DNA of 64,000 nucleotides, from positions 6,634,001 to 6,698,000 of the forward strand of contig NC_081333.1 of assembly GCF_022539665.2 (NCBI RefSeq). Direction: 5' to 3'. Both the position numbers and the translations under genes were made by a program. The DNA is from Daphnia carinata (Eukaryota). Within the stretch, counting starts at the first letter, position 1. Each line of letters opens with the position of its first letter. The notes under the pieces were generated by a model, which worked only from the letters and a program-made list of their open reading frames with translations, was not told where the DNA came from and did no database searches. Below are positions 55,401-64,000 of the stretch, piece after piece.

Positions 55401-56759
55401 GAAGGGCATGTCACTTACAAGCAATCGAAGTATTGTCTTAATCTACTGACGGACGGAATGAAAATTCGCGCTAACTAAATGGTGTCTGCCTTGGTCCAAA
55501 GCTAAAGGATTAGGTGGGAAACTAGTACGCGTTATCCTAACAGTATAAGGTTATTTAAACATACTTGAGATTGAAATCAACCGAATAGTTTTTGTTTTTA
55601 AGCCACAATATGCAAAGATTATTGCTATAGGATGGGAGGATCGTAGGTTGAGAGATTTACCTGGACCAAGGCAGCCATTGTAGCACCCATGAATATGCTT
55701 TTCCAGGTAAGGATGAGCCAACAGATCCTACAGTTTGGGCAACTGAGGACATGGCTTCCCACAACCTGACCAATCACAGTCGTTAAACTAAAACAATGGC
55801 TCTTTAAAGACTGGATCTCTCACACGCTATCTAAATATACGCTAAAATATCTCAATTGGTTTCAAGAACAATTTCAATACATTACAGAAGATCTTTTTCA
55901 CAGATTTCCCTAAACTTGTAATGATACAAAATTGGGTATAATGTAAATTGACTAGACGTTCAACAAGAATAAAGCGGTGACTATTAGTTCATGATTTCTC
56001 CCTTCCGCGACAAAGAACGAACTTAAACATTAATATTAAATGAGCCAAAGATGCGGCCATTACATGTGAGATAATGTGACTAGGTGTGAGAGATACTGAA
56101 TATTTACTTGGATTTGCGAACACGTTGGTGTTCGAAGTTGAGCAAGCCTCTAGCATTGACTGAGATGACGAGTTGATCTCCATCATAGACATCAAGGCGA
56201 AATGGTTTTACAAGCAGAATAGCTTTGCCTGTGCCACCAAATGAGAGGGATATTGAATCACTGGATTGCTCAGTGATTTTCAAACTACAGGTTAAAAAAT
56301 GAAAAAGGTTATGCATGTGAAAACAGTTGTTTACAATAATAAATGAACCTTGAAAGCTGAGGACTTCCCGAAAGTGATTCCTGTGCCCTGTATCTTAGCT
56401 TAATAGGGTTGACTTCATCAAGCTCAAAGTGAAGAGTGGAATCTGCCAGAGCAATGAGCTGCAGTTGAAGTCTTGCTTGGCTGCGGGAACTGATGACTTG
56501 TACTTGGAGGCTACTAATAGTAGAATTTAAGCTATCCAATAAAATCTCCCATGGTGAATTACCAGGCAGAGTAGCACGTTGACGCCTAAGAATTGATTTA
56601 TTGTAAATACAATTTAATAGGCTTTGTGTTAGATCTACATTGATAAACTTACTTGCAAAATGCATTCTGATCACATGTCTTGAAGTTGCCACGATCAACT
56701 GCTACACAGGATTGAACAGCAGCTGCACATATTGTAAGTATTAGGAGCCAGTTACCCAT
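52408..56759 (-). CDS. GANAB: Neutral alpha-glucosidase AB (glucosidase II alpha subunit, GH31)
   Basis: Signal peptide then [49 protein letters not shown]; catalytic [10 protein letters not shown] (~53933-53962); WTGDN; GADVGGF; ends [19 protein letters not shown]. Confidence 0.96.
55661..55765 (-). CDS. GANAB: Candidate 105-nt in-frame cassette exon of GANAB
   Basis: CAG acceptor (AG at 55767-55766) and CAG|GTAAAT donor (GT at 55660-55659). Phase 2/2 like both flanking exons; no stop: [34 protein letters not shown]. Confidence 0.7.
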
Positions 56760-56947
56760 TGAGAACCTGAAAAATACAGTTTTACACAAAAAGAAAGTCA
56801 GGAAGTGAAGCAAAATTGAAAGAAAAATGGGGGGAGTAATTAAATAGAATTTTAATAGCCCAAACCTATAAAAACTGAACCTGTTTGAAAAAGCTTAGAT
56901 GGTGAGTGACATTCGTCACGAGTCACGACAGATCCAATAAAGACCAT

Positions 56948-56955
56948 CCACGTCA
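56948..56955 (-). promoter_or_regulatory. UPRE / CREB3-XBP1-type element TGACGTGG in the GANAB 5' region
   Basis: CCACGTCA on the plus strand; exact 8-mer match near the 5' end of an ER gene. Confidence 0.35.
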
Positions 56956-57984
56956 CACACGAATTTCTTCTAAGGCCTGATTTTTTTACAGTTAAATATC
57001 CGGTACAATTATTATCTTACTGAGCTACTTTTCAAAATGCAACAAAGCACGCGTTAAAACTCATCAAAAAATGAAGTAAATTAACTTACCGGCAGTTTTT
57101 TTTTTGGTGACGTACAGCGCCGAATATTAACACTATGAATTTTTAATGGCAGTGCAGCGTGAAGCGGCACCTAGCGGTCGTTGCTTAGTAGTAACTGACA
57201 TCTCCTGATGATGATTAGAGTTATCATTAATTTTTCTTTTCGTTTCAACCGTTAAATTATGCTCAGGATACCGCCAGCTTGAAGTATTCAGCAAAACCGC
57301 ATTTTCCTGTATGCGAAAACTTCAGATAAACAATATATTTGCTGATTTCCTTCAAACAAATTTCGGTTTGTATGTTCTTTAAAAATTCTTTGGAAAAAGG
57401 TCGAAATTGGCCTTGATCATCAAACAAACCGCATTTACTCTTCATGTTTGGAGCCCGTACGAAACGATAAGCTTGCGTTTTGGCGATGCCGAAATTCTAG
57501 CTTCATCAAACTTCCCCGTCGCTAGCTTGCAGATTTCAAGCTAGGGATACGTTTAGGTTAGCTTAAGTTTTGGGGGGTGGCTTCAGCGCCTTAAAATTAA
57601 ACTTGCGCAAGCTGTGAATTCGCGAGCTTGCCCTTTAGCGTACAAAAATTAAGCTACTGAAATAAGTTTAAGCTAGAAAAATGGTAGTTAGAAAAATATA
57701 TATTATTTAGCATAAGAAATGCTTAAAACAAGCATTAGTTATGATAGGACTCTAATCTTAAATAATTCATTTCCTTCAAAAAAATTAACAAATTATACTT
57801 AAGTTTGAAAATAAAAAACACTTAGCACAATTGGTTTACTTACTTTTGAGGGAACGAAAGTTTAACTTAATTTCGACTTTATCTTATGTTTTTTCAGTTC
57901 TGTTTGTGACCTGTTGTCGAAAAAATTTTAAGTATTTTTCTAGATTCCTATTGTATAGTTCGGAAATAATATTTACGATATGCA

Positions 57985-58061
57985 GCTATAGCAAGGTCCA
58001 GTGGATAGAATATCAAATTGACGATCGGGAGACCCGAGTTCGATCCCAGCCACAGGCTTTT
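57985..58061 (+). mobile_element. Degenerate tRNA-like sequence (tRNA pseudogene or tRNA-derived SINE head)
   Basis: A-box-like GGTCCAGTGGATAG and B-box GAGTTCGATCCC at tRNA spacing, followed by TTTT. The acceptor and anticodon stems pair poorly. Confidence 0.5.
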
Positions 58062-59869
58062 ATTTTTCGCTTTGCCAAAAGTGCCAGAAAGTTTTCTTTT
58101 AACTTATTGCTGCACCAGAGTTAACAATGCTGCGAAACATGGAGACCGACAATGCATTCGGAAAACTTGAGCATGATAGCGATCGACGGTTTGAATGACG
58201 TCAAGTTTAGATATATTTGACCCATTTTAAAAAGTTTGTTACATGTTGGATGATTCTTATGTAAGGCCATCTTGTCATTAAAACTGTGGGTCAAAATCGG
58301 GCAAATCGGGGTTTAAAGAGGTGCGAACCCGGTCTTGAATCGCGACATACCATTGGTTTCGATATTTCATTACCCATTTTTAAAACCGGGTAAGTGTTGG
58401 GCACGAAAACAGAAGAACCGTTATCCAACGCGTCCAGTTCGTAAGACATGAGTCGTACCGGTACGACTGGTACGTACGTCCCGAATTCCTATCCAAAGAA
58501 CACGGTTCAGAGCTGATGTTTAGCGTTATTTGAGTCACTGCTGTTTATTGTAACCAATGCTTTTTTATTAGCAAAATTAGTTTCCGTTCCACTTTGTTAT
58601 TTTCGTTGGCAGATAAGCGCCAAAGAAATATTTTACAAGTAATATGATTCAATTTTCATATTTAAACAACACGTAGCAACACAGAAAAGTGTTTTTCAAT
58701 TGGATATCTCTATGAATTTTTAATCAGAATCAGACCGAAATCAGTGCAATTTTAAGGGACATGATGCTTGAAAATTCTTAGAAAGGAAGTTCTATCAGAA
58801 ACATGTTAGAGCAGAAACATAAATTCGTTTATTAAACAGTTATTGGAAAGTACTTATGAACGGATAAGGACATATTGATGGACTTACAGATGATGCGTTG
58901 CAGCTTGCAGGACAGGGCTTCAAATCACCTAGAAGAAACACTTTTCATTTCTGCATTTGTCTGATCAGGGAAAAGTCCAGAAAAGGAAGGTATAGCACTG
59001 GTGTAGTTGGAGGTCTTACTGCAATGTTTATGCGGTTTATGCTCAATTGTTGAAAAAGACGAGAGGGAGAAAGACTACAAGTGATTCCAATTGATGACAA
59101 GGTAGAATGTCTGGTTGATAAAAGACCCATGCGAATCCTGTTTTAGCCTTCAGGAGTGATGGAAAAGTAACCAGAAACAGAAACCAAAAAAGAATAAGAA
59201 TAATTCATGATTTTTTGTTTACTCCCAATACAATTGTTTCCCGACATTTCATCTTCATGCCCGCCCATGTCTTTTTACGTGGCACCGCTGCCGTCCATTG
59301 GTCGAAAACATTTTATTTGCCTAGCCCCCTCTGTCTCCTACGTGTAAAAGGCAGGCTATCCTGAGTCGGCATCTTCAAGCGCACTATACGGGTCCCATTG
59401 CTAGTGTTACAAAGCAATACAGCGTATTCCATTCGCATTTTTGGGTTAAAAGTGAAGTTGGTCACGCCACAGTTCTAAAGCGGTTGGTAAGTAATTGAAT
59501 TTTTTCGTTACCGTTTGTTTGCCTACCGGTTAAGCAGGATTTCTTGCTTTAAAAAATCATGACAGCTTTAGTTGACATTCAGGCGATAAACGGTTTAGTT
59601 TGGTAGTTATGTTTCACCACCTTTTATTCTAAAGCGAAAAGCATAAGGTCGATTTATCCCGTTGCATACGTTGCTAAATTTGGGTTCAGAAAGGTAGTCT
59701 ACATGACGCGGATGTCTGTACGCCTTCAAATCAACAGACTTCTTTATCGGTTAATTTCTAACATATAATTTTGTTTAAATTCAAGTAAAATTTCAGTGCT
59801 ACACTAGTTTAATAACTTGTGATGAACTATTGTATTTGCACAGACTGATCCTCAAGGAGCTGTAGTACA

Positions 59870-62800
59870 ATGACAGCTGCAACCTTGATCTGCTCAAAAA
59901 ACCAAGAAAATGGCCTAAACATCGAGAAAATGAGGAATATCGACTCCATTGGTTTTAAGCTTCTTGACCAGTTCAGGTGAGATTTCACCTTGAGTTCCCC
60001 ATTATTTTCGTCATCCCATCGTATCTCACCCCATGTTACCATTACAAAGCCAAGTTGCCATGAGCTCTTCCAAAACCCGGGAGGATGATTGATGGGTCAT
60101 GATACACTTCATCACGAGGGGGGCAGACGCATAGCCTTGGAGTGAGGCAAAAAAAATTGAATTTTTAATCATTTTATTCCTTGAAGGGATGGCCGTAACG
60201 ATAAGATTTGGTGGAGGGTTTTTGCTCTGCTGATGATAGCGACGGTGGCTACGAGATTTTATAAGTTGGATCAACCCGATCACGTTTGGTAATACATAAT
60301 AGCGTACGATAACTTAATTTCTTAAGTAACGATTAAAATTTAAAAATTTTAGCTGGGATGAAGCACATTTTGGGAAATATGCAAACTTCTACATTAACCG
60401 CACCTTCTTCTTTGATGTACATCCTCCACTTGGCAAAGTAAACGTTAAATCCGAAGAATTTTGAAAAACGAGACAATCACATGACCTTCACTATTTAAAT
60501 GTTTAGATGTTGATTGGACTTTTCGGATATCTCGATGGCTACAATGGGTCCTTCCATTTCGATAAACCAGGGGACAAATTCGAAGGACACCAGTATATGG
60601 GAATGCGAATAGTAAGTTTGCTTTGGCGATGATAATTAAAGTTAATTTCATTATTTTTGCACGAAAAATCAATTTTGTTTCTTAGGGCTGTGCCGTGATG
60701 GGAGCCCTTTTAGTTCCCCTTTCCTTTTTGACTGTATGGGAAATGACTTTCTCCCTTCCAGCTGCGACATTTAGCGGCTTGCTCATCCTTTTGGGTATAC
60801 CAAATTACTTCTAATTATGAGGTCATTGTGCTATACGTTTTCTGTACTAGATCATGGAATGTTGACGCTCAATCGTTTTATCCTGTTGGATCCTCCGATG
60901 TTATTTTTTATCTCATCTGCCGTCTATTCAATGGTCAAATTTCACAATCAAAGGCACAGGTTTGTTCCGTGTTTGACTAGACCGTTTTTTCTGTTTTCCT
61001 GTAACCATTCAAAGATAGTTGTAGTGAAAGGATGTTTTCGTTTTTTTAAATTCAAATTCAAATAGGCCCTTCAGTATGTCGTGGTGGTTGTGGTTGTCCT
61101 CCATTGGTGTCATGCTCTCATGTTCAGTCGCTGTCAAGTTTGTTGGAATCTTTGTAGTCATCTTTGTCGGATGTCGCACCATTGCAGATCTATGGGAAAT
61201 TCTAGGAGATCTTTCACGGCCTGTGGTATTTTCATTATTTTGCTTTGACGTCAACATTTGCATTTGCCTCATTTTTTCGTGTGAAAAACAGAGTTACACC
61301 GTTAAGCATTTTATGGCACGCGCCATTTGCCTGATTGGAATGCCGACACTATTGTACATGGGCATCTTTTACATACATTTGGCCGTTTTAAATAATAGCG
61401 GACCAGGTGACGGATTTTACAGTTCAGCATTCCAAGTTGGTCTCAAAGGCAACTACCTCCATGATGGCAGTACACCACGACGTAAGCCTATTGCTTATTC
61501 TTTACTACTATGAGAAAGATGAGTTTAAAACAAGGTAATGTTTTATTTGTAGAGGTGGCATACGGTGCTCTTTTAACATTAAAAAACGCCGTCACGAGTG
61601 GAGCTTACTTGCATTCTCACGATCATCTATACCCCGAAGAAATAGGCGGGAGCCAACAACAGATTACCACATACGCGCACAAGGACGACAACAACAATTG
61701 GCATATTAAAAGGCATAACAAATTGGCACCCAGCTGGAATAGCACGAGACCTATCGATTTCGTGCGAAATGGCGACTTGTTGCGGCTCGAGCATTTTGTA
61801 ACTGGCAGAAATTTGCATGCGCACAGGTCTTTGGCACCCATCACTATCAAACAGTTCCAAGTCACTGGATACGGATTGGTTAGCATTGGCAATAGCATTT
61901 CTAATTCCTCCAATGTAGCTACATGACGTTCGTCACTCTTGTAATTTTCTACAAATGTTTTCTAGGATGGAGTAGGGGACACTAATGACATTTGGCGTCT
62001 AGAAATAGAAGATGGCGAAGAAGGTCAAATTCTGGAAACAATGCTGCATCGTTTTCGTTTGATCCACTACAATCTCGGGTGTGCGTTGACTTGCACAAAG
62101 AAAAAACTTCCTGCCTGGTAGGGAGCTGACGTGTTCATTAATATGCCCGTTCGTTTTTTGTCATTGAATTGTTAACGTTTATTCTGAAAAGGGGATTCGA
62201 GCAAGATGAAGTAACGTGTAACCCGAACAGGAGAGATCCTAATGCGATCTGGAATATTGAAGAAAATATTTTTCCTCGCCGTAACTATTATTGATTTTTT
62301 GAATTCTGAATTAAATTTTTTCTTAAATAATGTATATAATTACGATAGTTCCTAATGTTTCGTTCCGCTCTTACGAGAAAAACTTCTTGCAGCGCTTCAT
62401 CGAGTCGCACGTTGTTTTAATTAATGGTAATTCGGCTTTGAAGCCGAAAGAAGGAGAAGCAACGTCCAAACCTTGGATGTGGCCAATCAATTTGCGGGTA
62501 CAGAAGTCCAATTGAAACATCGTTTGTTTAACGTCTTGTAGAAAATTATTTATTCGCACAGGGCCAGTTTTTTTCTGGTGGTGAATTACAGGTTTATTTA
62601 TTGGGTAATCCAATTATTTGGTGGGGGAACCTGGTCTTCATGGTGTTTTACTTAATCCTGTGGGTATCCGTTGGTGTCCGTACAAAAAGAAAGATAACAG
62701 TGACAGCAAGAGAAATAAGTAAAAATTGATTTCCTATTCAAGTAGTTCACATCAATTTGTTGTATTGATAATATCGATTTCTCCGTTCACCATTAGTTTT

Positions 62801-63277
62801 GCAGGAAAGGGCTCTGTCTGCCTGCGGTTGGCTTTGGCTTGGCTGGCTGCTTCATTATCTTCCATTTTGGGGAATGAGTCGCGTTCTCTACTTTCACCAT
62901 TATTTTCCTGCGTTGCTATTCTCTAGTATGATGTCAGGTAATGAACTTTCACGTCCGAATGAATACGAATAATTCAGGATTACATATTTGTCTTATTTAG
63001 GAATCCTTCTCGATTACGTAATAGAATCCATACCACTTTCGCTACCCAAGAATTTGTTCAACGCGAGTTACGCTGCTGTATTATCCGCAACGCTATTGAT
63101 TTTGTTTTATAGGTAAGTATGTCCATATTGGATGACTATAGATTACACCACTAATTTAGTTTTTCTTTTATCTTTAGTTTCTATCTATTCTCTCCACTTG
63201 TGTATGGACTAGTTAGGTATGCGGATACTAATTCTACCATGCACCATTTGCACTGGTTGTCCACTTGGGAATTCTAA
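59870..63277 (+). CDS. POMT2: Dolichyl-phosphate-mannose protein O-mannosyltransferase 2
   Basis: [61 protein letters not shown] domains ([23 protein letters not shown]), [31 protein letters not shown], ending LHWLSTWEF* (TAA 63275-63277). First coding exon 59870-59976 is inferred from phase. Confidence 0.93.
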
Positions 63278-64000
63278 CGCTATCTGCCTTATTTTATTGC
63301 ATTTTTTCAATAGCAATTTTTTTCTTCAACCTCTTTTGATTTTACCATTTTTAAATTGATTTTTCCACTCTGCAGATAAGTTACACACCAAACTATTACA
63401 CTGCATTACTCCTTCTTGCTCCGATAAATCAATAAAACATAATTAGCTTATGGTTTATCAATTACTATGATACTACAGTTACCACTATTTGGATATGTTT
63501 GTCGTTTGAGTACCCGGCATTTCACCGACGAATGCCCTTTTCATATGATCTATAAAATGCGCGAGCTAGGTTATGACGTTGCTGGAGTGGCCGTATGGCA
63601 TTAAAAAATACATACTGTAATTAGTAATAAATGCAAAATGGCACGATTCCATGATTAATGGACAACCTTGTCAACCATGTATTTTCTGTCAAATGAGCTG
63701 TGCCCAGCTACGCGGAGGATACAATCCCAATATCCCCCCGGCCTTACTACTTTAAGTGTATGCACTATATGCTAAGCTAAAAGGGAGGTTATATCATGCA
63801 AGCTATGAAGCTTCAGTAGATCTCGATTTTCATGGTAAATATCTCTAGACATTATTTTACGCGTTCAGTCGGCGTCATCCCAAGTCGTTAAGTTTTTCAC
63901 GCTTGAATGGAAAGTCAGAATTTCCCTTAGTCCTCCCTTTCACAATTTTCTGATTGACTGGATTTAATAAGTTCATTTTTAAAGGGAGTAGCGCACTAGT

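Noticed and set aside
57985..58057. Functional tRNA gene
   Set aside because: Acceptor and anticodon stems do not pair properly; kept only as a tRNA-derived relic.
58434..58468. Helitron 3' end (palindrome plus CTGG on the minus strand)
   Set aside because: CTGG is followed by A rather than the expected T, and no 5' end was identifiable.
1..64000. CRISPR arrays, rRNA, intact transposase or reverse transcriptase ORFs
   Set aside because: None seen; the sequence is eukaryotic and shows no such repeats or motifs.

Overview
Eukaryotic, intron-rich genomic DNA. The many ~60-70 nt GT-AG introns, long A/T homopolymer runs and gene content suggest a Daphnia-like arthropod (inference). From left to right: (1) a minus-strand secreted multi-CUB-domain gene (~0.7-4.7 kb); (2) a large plus-strand gene with long introns and alternative first coding exons, encoding a low-complexity protein with PPxY, polyQ, coiled coil and a C-terminal SAM domain (~21.3-41.4 kb), preceded by about 16 kb with no supportable coding sequence; (3) a ~7 kb block of decayed genes: an intron-containing Dicer-1 pseudogene lacking Platform/PAZ, a small NLS-repeat ORF relic and a truncated SLC26A11-like pseudogene; (4) an intact TTLL15-like ATP-grasp ligase with an N-terminal signal anchor; (5) glucosidase II alpha (GANAB), head-to-head with (6) protein O-mannosyltransferase 2 (POMT2). 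Best leads: a frame-preserving GANAB cassette exon whose 5' splice site sits in a long-range RNA stem, the apparently secretory-pathway TTL-family ligase, and the PAZ-deleted Dicer-1 copy lying antisense to the SAM gene's 3' end. All exon models were assembled by eye; no searches were run.
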